Source: an uncultured Chlamydiae bacterium (GTDB lineage Bacteria > Chlamydiota > Chlamydiia > Chlamydiales > JAJFMA01). Taken from it: a stretch of DNA of 64,000 nt. A model generated the notes under the pieces. It did no database searches and was not told the DNA's origin. It saw only the letters and a list, made by a program, of their open reading frames with translations. The translations under genes and the position numbers were made by a program. Every line of letters begins with the position of its first letter. Within the stretch, counting starts at the first letter, position 1. The stretch lies in NCBI GenBank assembly GCA_963713615.1, contig CAVQMM010000001.1, positions 3,456,001 to 3,520,000 of the forward strand. Reading direction: 5' to 3'. Shown here piece after piece: positions 1 through 12,102 of the stretch.

Positions 1-2
1 AG

Positions 3-410
3 CTTGAAGAAGGTCATGTCCATGTCACCATAGCTGAAAACGGCCGTGGGCATAGTCGTTGGCAAGGGCTCTATCGCAGCCTTCTACAAAATATGGTCAC
101 CGGGGCGCATACGGGCTTTAAGAAAGAACTCGAACTCATCGGGGTGGGTTACCGCGCCAACGTCAAGGGCAAGACTCTTGATCTTCAGCTCGGCTTTTCT
201 CATCCTACCGAAGTGCAAATCCCTGAAGGGATCACTGTTAAAGTAGAAAAGAACATCATCACCCTCGAAGGTGCGGATAAACAGGCTGTAGGACAACTCG
301 CTGCCACTATCCGATCCATCCGACCTCCCGAACCTTATCAAGGGAAGGGTATTCGATACGTTGGTGAGTTCGTACGTAAGAAAGCTGGTAAATCGGCTGC
401 TAAGAAATAA
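3..410 (+). CDS. rplF: 50S ribosomal protein L6 (5' truncated by window edge)
   Basis: C-terminal [12 protein letters not shown]...RKKAGK signature; frame open from the window start; spc-operon position. Confidence 0.97.
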   Translation, partial: LEEGHVHVTIAENGRGHSRWQGLYRSLLQNMVTGAHTGFKKELELIGVGYRANVKGKTLDLQLGFSHPTEVQIPEGITVKVEKNIITLEGADKQAVGQLAATIRSIRPPEPYQGKGIRYVGEFVRKKAGKSAAKK

Positions 411-451
411 CACGGGTTAATTGAAGTTGCGGCAAAGCGCAAAGGGAAGTA

Positions 452-823
452 ATGAATAAAATCATTAAGAAGAAAAGACTGATCCGTCAAAAGCGCGCAT
501 GGCGTGTGCGTGGCAAACTACGCGGTACTGCTGAACGTCCTAGACTCTCAGTATTTAAGAGCCTGCGCCATCTGCAAGTGCAGTTGATTGATGATGAAGC
601 TGGCCAAACAATCGCTGGGATATCAACCTCTGCCAAGCGCTTCAAAGACACTGAGTTCAATCATAAGAGCAAGGAAGCTGCTGCAGCATTGGGTGACTAC
701 ATCGGACAGGTGGCCAAGGAAAAGAATGTCGGCGAGGTCATTTTTGATCGCGGCCGATTCAAGTATCATGGCGTCATAGCTGCCCTCGCTGATGCGGCGC
801 GCGCTACTGGACTCAAATTTTAA
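452..823 (+). CDS. rplR: 50S ribosomal protein L18
   Basis: RPRLSVFKS and FDRGRFKYHGVIAALADAAR motifs. Confidence 0.97.
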   Translation: MNKIIKKKRLIRQKRAWRVRGKLRGTAERPRLSVFKSLRHLQVQLIDDEAGQTIAGISTSAKRFKDTEFNHKSKEAAAALGDYIGQVAKEKNVGEVIFDRGRFKYHGVIAALADAARATGLKF

Positions 824-841
824 ACGAAGCAGGACGCTGAC

Positions 842-1342
842 ATGGCGAAGAATAAAGAAGGTTTCGAAAAGACCCACGCTGAGAATGAGCTAGAGGAAAA
901 AGTCCTCTATGTTAATCGATGCGCCAAGGTCGTCAAAGGGGGACGTAAGTTCAGCTTTTCCGCGCTCATCCTCGTAGGTGACGGTAAAGGTCGCGTTGGC
1001 TATGGCTTTGCCAAAGCTAATGAACTTACCGATGCCATTAAAAAGGGTGGTGAAGCTGCTCGTAGGAATATCATCACCTTCGATACCGAAGGTACTACAA
1101 TTCCCCACGAAGTAACTGTATCCTGGGACGGTGCCAGAGTGTTCCTAAAACCCACCCCTAAAGGTTCTGGCGTTATCGCGGGTTCACAGGTGCGTGCTGT
1201 TCTAGAAATGGCAGGGGTAAAGGACGTCATGGCCAAGAGCTTAGGTTCTAGTAACCCAATCAACCAAGTTCGCGCAACCTTTTTAGCGCTTCAGAGACTC
1301 TGCAGCCGCGAAAAGATTAAGCAAAGAAGAGGCGTAGCATGA
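842..1342 (+). CDS. rpsE: 30S ribosomal protein S5
   Basis: VNRCAKVVKGGRKFSFSAL motif. Confidence 0.98.
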   Translation: MAKNKEGFEKTHAENELEEKVLYVNRCAKVVKGGRKFSFSALILVGDGKGRVGYGFAKANELTDAIKKGGEAARRNIITFDTEGTTIPHEVTVSWDGARVFLKPTPKGSGVIAGSQVRAVLEMAGVKDVMAKSLGSSNPINQVRATFLALQRLCSREKIKQRRGVA

Positions 1343-1803
1343 GCACCACACTACATAGTCTAGAAAATCCTACTCGTCCATTTAAAAAAAGAAAACGCGT
1401 TGGTCGTGGCTTAGGCAGCGGTACCGGTAAAACTTGTGGTCGTGGTGAAAAAGGTGCCGGATCCCGATCTGGCTACAAACGCCGTCTAGGCTATGAAGGC
1501 GGTCAGTTCCGTCTATACATGAAGCTTCCACAACGCGGTTTTAGCAACGCCCGTTTTCGTACTGAGTATGAAGTCATTAACCTTGGACAAATCGACGCCG
1601 TCTTTAAGGATGGAGCCATCGTCAATGCTCAAACGCTTAAGGCTCACGGGTTGCTCAGTGGCAATCGACATGGTATTAAGCTATTGGGTGAAGGCAAGTT
1701 GACCAAAAAGGTACATATCGAAGTGGATGCTGCTTCCGCTACCGCCAAAGAGGGCGTAGCAAAAAGCCACAGTACGCTGAAGTTATCCAAGGCGTCATCG
1801 TAG
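1339..1803 (+). CDS. rplO: 50S ribosomal protein L15
   Basis: RVGRGLGSGTGKTCGRGEKG and EGGQ motifs; overlaps the rpsE stop with no rpmD between. Confidence 0.98.
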   Translation: MSTTLHSLENPTRPFKKRKRVGRGLGSGTGKTCGRGEKGAGSRSGYKRRLGYEGGQFRLYMKLPQRGFSNARFRTEYEVINLGQIDAVFKDGAIVNAQTLKAHGLLSGNRHGIKLLGEGKLTKKVHIEVDAASATAKEGVAKSHSTLKLSKASS

Positions 1804-1871
1804 GACTTCTGGTCCATTGGAAGCTGAGCGCCATTGAACCGAGACACAACTGATTTCTTAACTGCTAGAGA

Positions 1872-3251
1872 TTGACTAAAGCAATGGAAGCAATTCGTAG
1901 AGTATTCCAGTTACCGGAGCTCCGCGCTAAAATCCTTTTCACCCTCGCCATGTTAGTGGTGTGCCGGATCGGTGGGTATATCCCCGTCCCCGGTATCAAC
2001 GGTGAATTGGCCGTCGGCTTCTTTAGGAGCCAGACTGGTGGGGGCCAAAACTTGTTCCAGTTGGTTGACATCTTTAGTGGTGGTGCCTTCTCGAACATGA
2101 CTGTCATCGCTCTTGGTGTAATGCCTTACATCTCGGCGCAGATTATCGTTCAGCTACTCACAGCAGTATTTCCATCCCTCCAGCGTGAGATGCGTGAGAA
2201 TCCCGACCAAGGGCGACGCAAGATGACCAAGATGGCCCGTACGGGTACGATCATCTTAGCATTTATACAGTCTAGCTTGTTCGCCAGATACGCCCTAGGC
2301 ATGAATATCAGCAGCCCTGGTATCATCGGCCCTGAGTTACTCGAGCTGCAGGCATTCGGAGTGCCCTGGTTCTTCTATTTCGTTTTCATCGCCACAATGA
2401 CCACCGGTACCGTCATTCTTATGTGGATCGGTGAACAGATCACCGAACGCGGAATCGGTAATGGCATGAGCCTCATCATTTGCTTAGGTATCGTCTCGCA
2501 GCTGCCCAAAGCGATTGGCCTGATTATACAACAGCTGAACCTGGATAGTCAGTTGCCTGGGCAAATGAACTTCGCCAGCGTATTGTCCCTCGTTGTCGTG
2601 TTCGTCTGCGTGATATGGGGCACCATTATGGTCATTCAAGGTCATCGTCGCATACCCCTGCAATATGCTCGAAGGGTCGTTGGCCGCAAGGAAACCCAGG
2701 GCGGCAACTCTTACATTCCGCTTAAGATTAACTACGCAGGTGTTATCCCAGTTATCTTCGCTTCCGCGTTGCTTATGTTTCCAGCTACCATCGGGCAATT
2801 TGTCGGTGCAGGGAATTGGGTCGGCACGGTAGCCAACTGGCTATCTCCCGGCAATACCGCTCATCTCGTGTTCTATGTCGTTCTGATTATTGGCTTCACC
2901 TACTTCTGGACCGCTACACAATTTCGTCCCGATCAGATCGCCTCGGACATGAAGAAAAATGGTGCGTTTATTCCAGGCATTCGCCAAGGAAAACCCACCC
3001 AGGAATACTTAGAAAACACCATGAGCAGAATTACTCTGTTCGGTGCAGTATCGTTAGCTTTAATTGCTATCCTACCAAATGTGGTGGGACGCATTATGGG
3101 TGTCCCAACGACCATCAGCTATTTTTTTGGTGGGACCTCGCTTTTAATTATGGTAGGAGTCGTCCTCGACACTCTCAAACAGGTGGAGTCACACCTGCTC
3201 ATGAAGCGCTATGAAGGCTTTATGAAGAAAGGTAGAGTGCGTGGACGATAG
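1872..3251 (+). CDS. secY: Preprotein translocase subunit SecY (start may be ATG 1884)
   Basis: [21 protein letters not shown] and FIPGIRQG motifs; about 10 TM segments. Confidence 0.98.
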   Translation: MTKAMEAIRRVFQLPELRAKILFTLAMLVVCRIGGYIPVPGINGELAVGFFRSQTGGGQNLFQLVDIFSGGAFSNMTVIALGVMPYISAQIIVQLLTAVFPSLQREMRENPDQGRRKMTKMARTGTIILAFIQSSLFARYALGMNISSPGIIGPELLELQAFGVPWFFYFVFIATMTTGTVILMWIGEQITERGIGNGMSLIICLGIVSQLPKAIGLIIQQLNLDSQLPGQMNFASVLSLVVVFVCVIWGTIMVIQGHRRIPLQYARRVVGRKETQGGNSYIPLKINYAGVIPVIFASALLMFPATIGQFVGAGNWVGTVANWLSPGNTAHLVFYVVLIIGFTYFWTATQFRPDQIASDMKKNGAFIPGIRQGKPTQEYLENTMSRITLFGAVSLALIAILPNVVGRIMGVPTTISYFFGGTSLLIMVGVVLDTLKQVESHLLMKRYEGFMKKGRVRGR

Positions 3252-3367
3252 TAGAGAGATAGCCGAGCAGCCCACAAAAGAGCGGTATATAACAAACCGT
3301 TTGATACTAAGGCGCTCATATGTTAGTATGTTTTCATTGCGATTGAGATAAGGTTAGGAGTTTTTCA

Positions 3368-3736
3368 ATGCCTAGGGTAATTGGTGTCGATATCCCCGAC
3401 AACAAACGGTTGGAAATCAGCCTCACGTATATCTACGGAGTCGGTAGAACGCTGTCAAATGTGATCATTGGTAAGTTGGGCCTAAATCCCAATATGCGAG
3501 CCAAAGAACTCACTGAAGGCGACATCGCCCGTATTAACCAGACTCTTCAGTCTGAATATACTGTTGAAGGTGATCTGCGCCGTCAGATACAAAATAACAT
3601 CAAGCGTTTGATTAGCATTCACAGTTATCGTGGTATGCGACATCGCTTGGGACTACCGGTGCGTGGGCAGCGTACAAGAACGAATGCTCGCACCCGTAAG
3701 GGCCGCAAAAAGACTGTGGCTAAGAAGAAGAAATAA
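3368..3736 (+). CDS. rpsM: 30S ribosomal protein S13
   Basis: [26 protein letters not shown]. Confidence 0.98.
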   Translation: MPRVIGVDIPDNKRLEISLTYIYGVGRTLSNVIIGKLGLNPNMRAKELTEGDIARINQTLQSEYTVEGDLRRQIQNNIKRLISIHSYRGMRHRLGLPVRGQRTRTNARTRKGRKKTVAKKKK

Positions 3737-3760
3737 GCTTAAAAGGAGCGTCGTACGCAC

Positions 3761-4156
3761 GTGAAGCAAGCTGGTTCAAAAAAGGTTACTAAGAAGAAAG
3801 TAATGCGGCATGTCACCTCCGGGGTGGCTCATGTCGCTGCTACTTTCAACAATACTATCATTACTATTACCGATCCCGCTGGCAATGTCATTGCTTGGGC
3901 TTCCGCGGGCACCTCTGGGTATAGTGGATCGCGTAAGTCGTCTGCTTTCGCCGCCACAGTGGCTGCGCAACAGGCTGCTAAGTCGGCTCAAGGACATGGC
4001 CTCAAGGAAGTTGAAGTGAACCTACGTGGTCCTGGCGCCGGTCGTGAGTCCGCTGTCCGTGGCCTGCAAAGCGCAGGCTTGCTCATCTCCATTATTCGCG
4101 ATAAGACCCCTGTTCCTCACAATGGATGCCGACCACGTAAGCGTCGTCGCGTTTAG
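3761..4156 (+). CDS. rpsK: 30S ribosomal protein S11
   Basis: [27 protein letters not shown] motifs. Confidence 0.98.
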   Translation: MKQAGSKKVTKKKVMRHVTSGVAHVAATFNNTIITITDPAGNVIAWASAGTSGYSGSRKSSAFAATVAAQQAAKSAQGHGLKEVEVNLRGPGAGRESAVRGLQSAGLLISIIRDKTPVPHNGCRPRKRRRV

Positions 4157-4219
4157 GGTTTCTTTGTCCGGCCTGAAGAGTGGTAATTAAAATAGTCAAA
4201 GTCTTGCAGGAGTGGCTAC

Positions 4220-5335
4220 ATGGCTGTCAAGTATGGCAAGTTTGAAATGCCTAATAACATCACCGTCGATGAAGCATCGATGACCTCTAACTTCGCCCGT
4301 TTTGTGGCGGAGCCCTTCGAAAGAGGGTTTGGTCATACCATCGGCAATACCCTTCGACGTATCTTGTTGAGCTCGTTAGAGGCTCCAGCTATCGTTTCTG
4401 TTCGCATTGAAGGCGTTCCACACGAATACATGGGCGTTGAAGGTATCATTGAGGATATGACCAATATTATCCTCAACTTTAAAGGCGCATTGTTGCGTAA
4501 GCTTCCAAGTGATAAAGAAGACAATCCACGTGAACTAAGACATCTTACCGCTATCGTCGAAGTCACTCAAGAAGACCTCGATGAAAATAGAGGTCAAGTC
4601 TTTGTCACACTCGATGACGTCGTTAAAGAATCCTATTTCGAAGTGATCAATCCTTCACTGCACCTCTTCACCATCACCAAGCCAATGCGTCGTCAAATCG
4701 ACCTCAGAGTCATGATCGGTCGTGGTTATGTCCCTTCCGAACGACACTCTGATATCGAAACAGCACCTGAAGAAATCCTCGTAGACTCCGCATTCTCCCC
4801 CGTGCGCTTGGTTAAGTATACCGTGGAAAATACGCGGGTTGGACAGGACACAGACTTTGACCGTCTCATTCTCGAAGTGACAACCGATGGTAGAGTCACT
4901 CCAGTTGAAGCGGTATCTTTTGCTTCGCAGATCGCTATTCGCCACTTTGAGGCCTTTAACAGAGCAAAGGATTACGTCCTTTCCTTCGAAGAAGCCAATT
5001 CCGGTGGTGATCGTGATCACGATGAGATGATGGAGAAATTGGGTCTTCGTATCGATGAAATCGAACTTTCCGTGCGCTCGGCTAACTGCCTTGCTGGTGC
5101 TAATATCGAGACCATCGCGGAGCTTGTATCGATCCCAGAGAAGAAGATGTTAGACTTCCGTAATTTCGGTAAGAAGTCGCTCAATGAAATTCGCGCTAAA
5201 CTTTCTGAGATGGGCCTTTCCTTAGGCATGGATCTCTCACGTTTCGGTCTTAATTGCGATAACGTCAAAGAAAAGATGCGTGAATTTAATGAGAAGAAAA
5301 AACTCGCCAAAGAAGGCTCCCTCGTAGAGGAATAA
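4220..5335 (+). CDS. rpoA: RNA polymerase subunit alpha
   Basis: [22 protein letters not shown]; alpha-[13 protein letters not shown]...[10 protein letters not shown]. Confidence 0.98.
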   Translation: MAVKYGKFEMPNNITVDEASMTSNFARFVAEPFERGFGHTIGNTLRRILLSSLEAPAIVSVRIEGVPHEYMGVEGIIEDMTNIILNFKGALLRKLPSDKEDNPRELRHLTAIVEVTQEDLDENRGQVFVTLDDVVKESYFEVINPSLHLFTITKPMRRQIDLRVMIGRGYVPSERHSDIETAPEEILVDSAFSPVRLVKYTVENTRVGQDTDFDRLILEVTTDGRVTPVEAVSFASQIAIRHFEAFNRAKDYVLSFEEANSGGDRDHDEMMEKLGLRIDEIELSVRSANCLAGANIETIAELVSIPEKKMLDFRNFGKKSLNEIRAKLSEMGLSLGMDLSRFGLNCDNVKEKMREFNEKKKLAKEGSLVEE

Positions 5336-5345
5336 TTGGAGTATC

Positions 5346-5774
5346 ATGAGACACCTTAATCATAGAAATAAACTAAGCCGCACCAGTTCTCACCGCCGCT
5401 GCTTGATAGCTAACATGCTCAAATCCTTGATTCATCATGGACGCATCGTGACAACTGTCGAGAAGGCAAAGGAATTGCGACGCTATGCTGACCATATGGT
5501 CACCTTGGCCAAGAAAAATGACCTGGCTGCTCGCCGTCAGGCTATTGGTGAGTTGATGATTCGCTTCAATGCGCTAACCTCCAAGCAAGCGCGTGCCGCG
5601 AAAGAAGGCGTAACAAACAGTTACAATGCTGACCGTACCATCATCACCACTCTTTTCGGCGATCTCGGTCCCCGATTTGTGGATCGTAAAGGTGGATACA
5701 CTCGCATTGTACGAACTGGACGCCGGGTAGGTGATAACGCTCAAACGTGTATTATCGAGTTTCTTGAGGCTTAG
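5346..5774 (+). CDS. rplQ: 50S ribosomal protein L17
   Basis: [19 protein letters not shown] motifs. Confidence 0.98.
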   Translation: MRHLNHRNKLSRTSSHRRCLIANMLKSLIHHGRIVTTVEKAKELRRYADHMVTLAKKNDLAARRQAIGELMIRFNALTSKQARAAKEGVTNSYNADRTIITTLFGDLGPRFVDRKGGYTRIVRTGRRVGDNAQTCIIEFLEA

Positions 5775-5788
5775 AACCGCCTATTGGA

Positions 5789-5810
5789 GCAGCCTGTCTC
5801 TACAGGCTGC
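5789..5810 (+). terminator. Hairpin after rplQ, possible terminator or processing site
   Basis: gcagcctgt-ctct-acaggctgc 9-bp stem; no U-tract. Confidence 0.35.
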
Positions 5811-5915
5811 CATCCATTCCATCACCTCGCCGATCGTACCTCGGTGGTCGACTATTCTATACTTTACTTCGAACGTCGCCTGAAGTATGATGTCGATAGC
5901 TTATTATGGGCTTAG

Positions 5916-6971
<1,056 letters not shown>

Positions 6972-7027
6972 CGCCGTGGTATATACCACTAACGTGTCGA
7001 TAACATTTTAACAGCGGAATTATATAC

Positions 7028-7942
7028 GTGGACTTTACAAGAGAACCCATTATCGAGACTATTATCACCCCCAGAGAGGGGTTCAAGCTCGTCGTAAGAA
7101 ACAGTAAAGGCATTGGACAAGAAGAGTATTTTGTTGAAGCCGTAGAGATCGTCTCCTTCGGCCAAGCTCTCTTCTTTCGTTCCCTAGAGCGTCCTAAGTG
7201 CTTTATGGTTCCTGTGAGCGATTATGAGCTACTAGAGGCCCGCGAAGCGCGAATGGTCCTCAAGAACGTTGGTATGGATAGCACTATCAAAATCGCCGGA
7301 GGACGCGAAGGCGGCCGCCCGCCACGAGCTCCTGCACGTGAGCGCGAACGCGAACCTGTCGAAAAAGTTGAGACCGAAGAGGTCGCTGCTAAAGCTCCCA
7401 ATGGCACCGAAGCGCGTCCTGACAAAAAACGAGAGCGCCGACGCCATTCCCGACGTCGCCGTGGGGGCCGTGATGACCGGCCCGAAGGTAGTAAATCGGA
7501 AGGAGACGAATTTAATGCAGCCGGTGAAGAAGGAGATAGTCCAAACGAACGCATCGAACTACCAGTTCCGCGCGTAGTTGAGGAACAACCCCGCGAAAGA
7601 CGTGCGGACACCGGAACTTTGATGGCAGCAATATTACCTCCTCCGACACAGCTGATTTCAGAGACCTTAGAACGTTATCGTGAAGATGACCTCTTTCGTG
7701 GCGTGTTTCAGACAATTCCTAAAAATGATGAAGCAAGTGCTGATGAAATTCAGACTGAGCTGAAGCATCTGCAAGGCGTTAATGAAACGGCTGATGAGGT
7801 TACCAGTGAAGACGAGACTGCGCCAAAAGCCTCACGTTCTCGTCAGCGTGCTCCTGAGACCTCAGTTGCAATTCCTGAAGAATTAGTGGCTCCGGAAGAA
7901 TTGGCAAATGCATTCCCCGAGGATGAAGACCTCCCCATGTAA
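7028..7942 (+). CDS. grgA: Chlamydial transcription factor GrgA (CT504) homologue
   Basis: N-terminus DFTREPIIETIITPREGFKLVVRNSK resembles CT504; Arg-rich middle; lies directly after gapA as in Chlamydia. Confidence 0.8.
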   Translation: MDFTREPIIETIITPREGFKLVVRNSKGIGQEEYFVEAVEIVSFGQALFFRSLERPKCFMVPVSDYELLEAREARMVLKNVGMDSTIKIAGGREGGRPPRAPAREREREPVEKVETEEVAAKAPNGTEARPDKKRERRRHSRRRRGGRDDRPEGSKSEGDEFNAAGEEGDSPNERIELPVPRVVEEQPRERRADTGTLMAAILPPPTQLISETLERYREDDLFRGVFQTIPKNDEASADEIQTELKHLQGVNETADEVTSEDETAPKASRSRQRAPETSVAIPEELVAPEELANAFPEDEDLPM

Positions 7943-8073
7943 TTATGGGTATTATATCACTTTTGTGGCGCTGGCATTCCATGCCTGCTGACTTGGTCGC
8001 ACATGTCTCTTTCTGAAGGAAAAAGACATGTGCGGCCCTATCATCTATACTAATAATTGTCGTCAGGTACCTC

Positions 8074-10053
8074 ATGAGTGTGGCTCTAATGACAGGCTTT
8101 GCTGGAGCCCTTCTTCAGGCTAGCCCTTCCCAAACACTAATGTCTAGAGAAGACCTGTTTTGCATTCCTCCTTGTGCCACAATAAGAGTTGACCCCGACG
8201 CCCGGCGACTTGCTTACTTAGGCTCCCACAGGAATGGGGCTTTGAACCTGTTTCTGAGCAAAGACTTGACACTGACAGATGCACGGTGCCTAACGACATT
8301 CGAAGACCCGGACATAGACTCCTTCTACTGGAGTCCTGACGGCAAGAAGATTATTCTGCTGAAAGATAAAAATGGAACTCGTCAGTTTCACCTTTATATT
8401 GTGGATGTAGAGGCGGAACACGCTACCGATCTCATGGCAGCTTTCAAGGATGGTGCGGCCAAAGTCTTTTGTCTAAGCAATAGCCTGAACAAGGCTATGA
8501 TTGGAATCAATGCTCGTAATCCCGAGTTCTATGACTTATATCAATTGGACTTTGCGACTGAAAAGCTCACACACGTATATCAAAACGATCATTTCATAAA
8601 ATTCGTCTTTAATGACCAATTAGAGATAGTAGCCAAGGAACGCCTGAATCCAGACGGTTCACACACTGTTTTGGATGCAAACGATAGACTGATCTTTGAG
8701 CGAAATATTGAAGACTCTTTTCATACCGAATGCCTTGCATATAACCCTCACGATCTCTCCCTACTGCTGATCGACAACCTCGGTTGCGATACCACACAGC
8801 TTAAGACAATTTCGCTAAAAAACCCTCAAGAACGTACAGTGCTGGGGCATGACCCTCGTAGCGATATCTATGAGGTTATCTGCCATGGTGACAAACCCAT
8901 AGCCTACACCACCTATTTCATTCAAAAGCAATGGTACGCGTTAGACAAAGCTGTTGAACCTCATTTGCAGTACCTGGAGAAGCACCTTGGCTCAGGATTT
9001 GAAGTGCTCAATCAATCTAAAGATGGATTGACATGGGTGATTAGAACAAGCGTGCCTGATCAAGGAGTTCACTTTTGGTTATACCAAAGGGCAACACAAC
9101 AACTGCAGCATCTCTATGCACCTTCTGAAGGGCCTCCCTTGGCCAAGATGTACCCGCTTGTAGTGAATTCCTCAGATGGACTTTCGCTGGTCAGCTACCT
9201 GACACTACCACCAGAACATGATCAGGGAGGTCGTCCAGACACCCCCTTGCCTCTAGTAGTGCTACCACATGGAGGACCCTTCATGAGGCGAGATGTATAT
9301 GAATATGACCCCTATCACCAGTGGCTGGCAAATCGCGGCTATGCCGTATTGAGCGTCAATTTCCGACTGTCGACAGGCTTTGGGAAGTCCTTTATCACGG
9401 CCGGAAACGGACAATGGGGTAAGAAGGCGCACCAGGATATTTTGGATGCTGTGCAGTGGTGTGTCGACGCCGGCATAGCGCAAAAGGAAAAAACAGCAAT
9501 CCTTGGCAGCAGCTATGGGGGGTATGAAGCCTTAGCCGCAGTGGCATTTACCCCTGAGGCCTTTGCTGGAGTCATAGCGATGAGTGGCCCATCCCATTTA
9601 GGAAGTATATTGAATAAAATTTCAAATTATTGGGAATTACCACACAAACCCTTCTCTAGCCGAGTGGTATGGTATTCGAGGCCAGCCTTTGTCGCCAGTA
9701 TGGGTGGAGACCCAAATGATTCTTCCACTGTGCCACACCTGGAAGAGTGTTCGCCGCTCAATTACGTAGATAGAATTACGAAGCCTTTGTTGCTGTTGCA
9801 TGGACAAAATGATCCTATTGTTGCTGCATCGGAATCCGATCAGATATTTGATCGAATGAAATCGCGAGGACAGCGAGTCATTTACGTATCATTTGCGGAT
9901 GAGGGACACGACCTTTTGGAGAACATTCCCTGTCTAGCCTATGCAGAGTGGTTTTTGGCACAGATTTTAGGAGGCCAGTACGAGCCTATGACCGAGATGC
10001 AGCAGCAAATACCAACAATAACGGTAAAGACTAGTGGCTGGGAAGCAATATAG
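8074..10053 (+). CDS. S9 family (prolyl oligopeptidase/acylaminoacyl) peptidase
   Basis: PHGGP, nucleophile GSSYGG, HGQNDPIV and DEGH motifs; N-terminal propeller (WSPDG). Confidence 0.92.
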   Translation: MSVALMTGFAGALLQASPSQTLMSREDLFCIPPCATIRVDPDARRLAYLGSHRNGALNLFLSKDLTLTDARCLTTFEDPDIDSFYWSPDGKKIILLKDKNGTRQFHLYIVDVEAEHATDLMAAFKDGAAKVFCLSNSLNKAMIGINARNPEFYDLYQLDFATEKLTHVYQNDHFIKFVFNDQLEIVAKERLNPDGSHTVLDANDRLIFERNIEDSFHTECLAYNPHDLSLLLIDNLGCDTTQLKTISLKNPQERTVLGHDPRSDIYEVICHGDKPIAYTTYFIQKQWYALDKAVEPHLQYLEKHLGSGFEVLNQSKDGLTWVIRTSVPDQGVHFWLYQRATQQLQHLYAPSEGPPLAKMYPLVVNSSDGLSLVSYLTLPPEHDQGGRPDTPLPLVVLPHGGPFMRRDVYEYDPYHQWLANRGYAVLSVNFRLSTGFGKSFITAGNGQWGKKAHQDILDAVQWCVDAGIAQKEKTAILGSSYGGYEALAAVAFTPEAFAGVIAMSGPSHLGSILNKISNYWELPHKPFSSRVVWYSRPAFVASMGGDPNDSSTVPHLEECSPLNYVDRITKPLLLLHGQNDPIVAASESDQIFDRMKSRGQRVIYVSFADEGHDLLENIPCLAYAEWFLAQILGGQYEPMTEMQQQIPTITVKTSGWEAI

Positions 10054-10124
10054 CATCGTGCTTATATCCCAGTGTCTTAGGACCTCACAATCATCACTCG
10101 GCGCGCAGCGCTTTGGTCTGAACG

Positions 10125-10247
10125 AAAGGACCTTGAGGACGATGACGACAATGAGGACCTTAAGTGACGATGTGTTGAATCTTAAGGTTGGATCTAAGTT
10201 CCTGATCATTAGAGTCCTCATAGTCTTCATCGTCCTCAAGGTCCTTT
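10125..10247. repeat. Intergenic long hairpin built from 9-bp periodic units
   Basis: aaaggaccttgaggacgatgacgacaatgaggac ... gtcctcatagtcttcatcgtcctcaaggtccttt inverted arms. Confidence 0.7.
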
Positions 10248-10435
10248 TCTAGGTACCATGTATGAACGCCTTGGTATATTCGGAAATTGGCGAAGTCTCT
10301 ATATACCCTGACGAGACGTTGTTTTATTTTGCGTCCGTGGTTCACTTAAATTTCGTTTGACGCTTAACCTTGCAAATAGTATTGTTTGTATTTTATACTA
10401 TTTTTATCTGCATTATTAACATTAAATGAGTAATC

Positions 10436-10732
10436 ATGGAAAGCAAAGATCCTTATCGCTCGAATAACGAGATTTATTTAAACTATTCTAATTATGGCGT
10501 GACAAATAACAATAACAACAATAATTCGCAAAATATAATAGATGATAATTCTAGAAGATTCTATGGCCGTGACTTTAATCGAGTAACGCGCAATTCCCAA
10601 ATTCCCAGCCCTGCCCAATACAGATCGGAAAGTAAGCATACCTCTACACACTCGTTTAATTTTGAGAATAACGAATCGTGTTTGACTGTAGCTGCATTGA
10701 ATGACTTGTCTTTCAACGACCTTTCTTGCTAA
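10436..10732 (+). CDS. Short Asn/Ser-rich hypothetical protein, possibly a gene remnant
   Basis: AT-rich ORF with a poly-N tract; no recognisable domain. Confidence 0.35.
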   Translation: MESKDPYRSNNEIYLNYSNYGVTNNNNNNNSQNIIDDNSRRFYGRDFNRVTRNSQIPSPAQYRSESKHTSTHSFNFENNESCLTVAALNDLSFNDLSC

Positions 10733-10826
10733 GGCGGTGAAGCTTCTTTCAAATATAGGGAAATTCTTGACTTGGAATAAGAAAAGGCTTATTTTTTAAG
10801 GCAATTCTTCGATCTTTTCATCCTAA

Positions 10827-10910
10827 GCTCGGATGGTGAAATTGGTAGACACAAGGGACTTAAAATCCCTCGGGCGCAAGCCTATGCCGGTTCGAGTCCG
10901 GCTCCGAGCA
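10827..10910 (+). tRNA. tRNA-Leu (anticodon UAA), long variable arm; CCA not encoded
   Basis: Acceptor gctcgga/tccgagc, D-loop tggtagac, anticodon arm aggga-cttaaaa-tccct, T-arm gccggttcgagtccggc. Confidence 0.97.
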
Positions 10911-11016
10911 TTTTGACCTTTAAGACGTTACGTCTTGCTACATGACCTCCTAACCATTGAGATCAAAGAACGTGGGTACCTGGTGGGTACCTACAAGAAA
11001 AATGGGAGGTATTAGT

Positions 11017-12102
11017 ATGGCGTACATAGAAAAAAGACCAAACGCGAAGGGTGAAACTTCATACCGTGTTCGCATCAAAGTGAAAGGGGCCCCAAAAAAG
11101 ACGGCGACGTTTCCAACTCGTAAGGAAGCTGCTGCTTGGGCAAGAAAAATGGAGGCTGAGGTCCGAGCTACCAGATATTTTGGTAGAGAAGAAGGCAAAG
11201 AGCGGACATTTTCTGAGTTCATTGATAGATATATTGAAATCGAGTTGACAAAGAACCCTCAAAGCTTTGAAAAGCTGTCCAAGCAATTAAGATGGTGGCA
11301 AAAGCATCTGGGAGAGTATTTTTTATGTCATATTTCTCCTTCGATGATTGCAGGTCTTAGAGATCGGCTCATGACTGAGATAACGTATCGAAAAACGCCT
11401 AGATCTTCATCTACAGCTAACAGGTACATTGCCGCTCTTAATCGCGCTTTTAATATAGCTATATGCGATTGGGGATGGCTAAAGGAGAATCCTCTATCAA
11501 AAGTCACAAGACCGAAAGAAATGAAGGCTAGAGATAGGTATCTTGATAAAGACGAGATTGTTTTGCTGCTGTCTGCTTGCCGTAGAAGTAAGAGCCCCTA
11601 TTTATATCCAGTAACATTATTTGCTCTTGCGACAGGTGCTAGAAAAGGTGAAATAGTAGGTCTGAAATGGGAGGATGTTGATTTTTTCCGAGCTACTGCT
11701 ACATTTCGAGGCACAAAAAATGGTGAAATCCGTACGGTACATTTGAGCCCGTCGATTCTAAAATGTCTTCAAGATGAACAGAAGAAGAGAATTGTTTTTA
11801 GCGTATATGTCTTTCCAGATCAAAATGGTACACAGCCTGCTTGTATAAGAACCGCCTGGGAGCGAGTCATCAAGGAATTAGGCATGAAGGATGTTGTTTT
11901 TCATTCGTTGCGGCATACAGCAGCCTCCCATCTTGCTATGCAGGGATTTTCAACGCTGGAAATCGCGGCTATTCTTGGCCACAAGAGTCTATCCATGGTT
12001 AAACGCTATAGCCATCTGTCAACTTCGTCAACCGCCAAAGCGTTGGATAGGTTGAATGAAATATTTGGGGGATGTCTAGATGACTACGAAAAAGCGCAGT
12101 AG
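11017..12102 (+). CDS. Tyrosine recombinase/site-specific integrase
   Basis: TGARKGE (R), TKNG (K), HSLRH, LGH, VKRY (Y); GGAGG RBS before ATG 11017; N-terminal arm-binding-like domain. Confidence 0.95.
   Translation: MAYIEKRPNAKGETSYRVRIKVKGAPKKTATFPTRKEAAAWARKMEAEVRATRYFGREEGKERTFSEFIDRYIEIELTKNPQSFEKLSKQLRWWQKHLGEYFLCHISPSMIAGLRDRLMTEITYRKTPRSSSTANRYIAALNRAFNIAICDWGWLKENPLSKVTRPKEMKARDRYLDKDEIVLLLSACRRSKSPYLYPVTLFALATGARKGEIVGLKWEDVDFFRATATFRGTKNGEIRTVHLSPSILKCLQDEQKKRIVFSVYVFPDQNGTQPACIRTAWERVIKELGMKDVVFHSLRHTAASHLAMQGFSTLEIAAILGHKSLSMVKRYSHLSTSSTAKALDRLNEIFGGCLDDYEKAQ

Noticed and set aside
1339..4220. Missing rpmD, adk, infA, rpmJ and rpsD as an anomaly
   Set aside because: Normal arrangement for Chlamydiota
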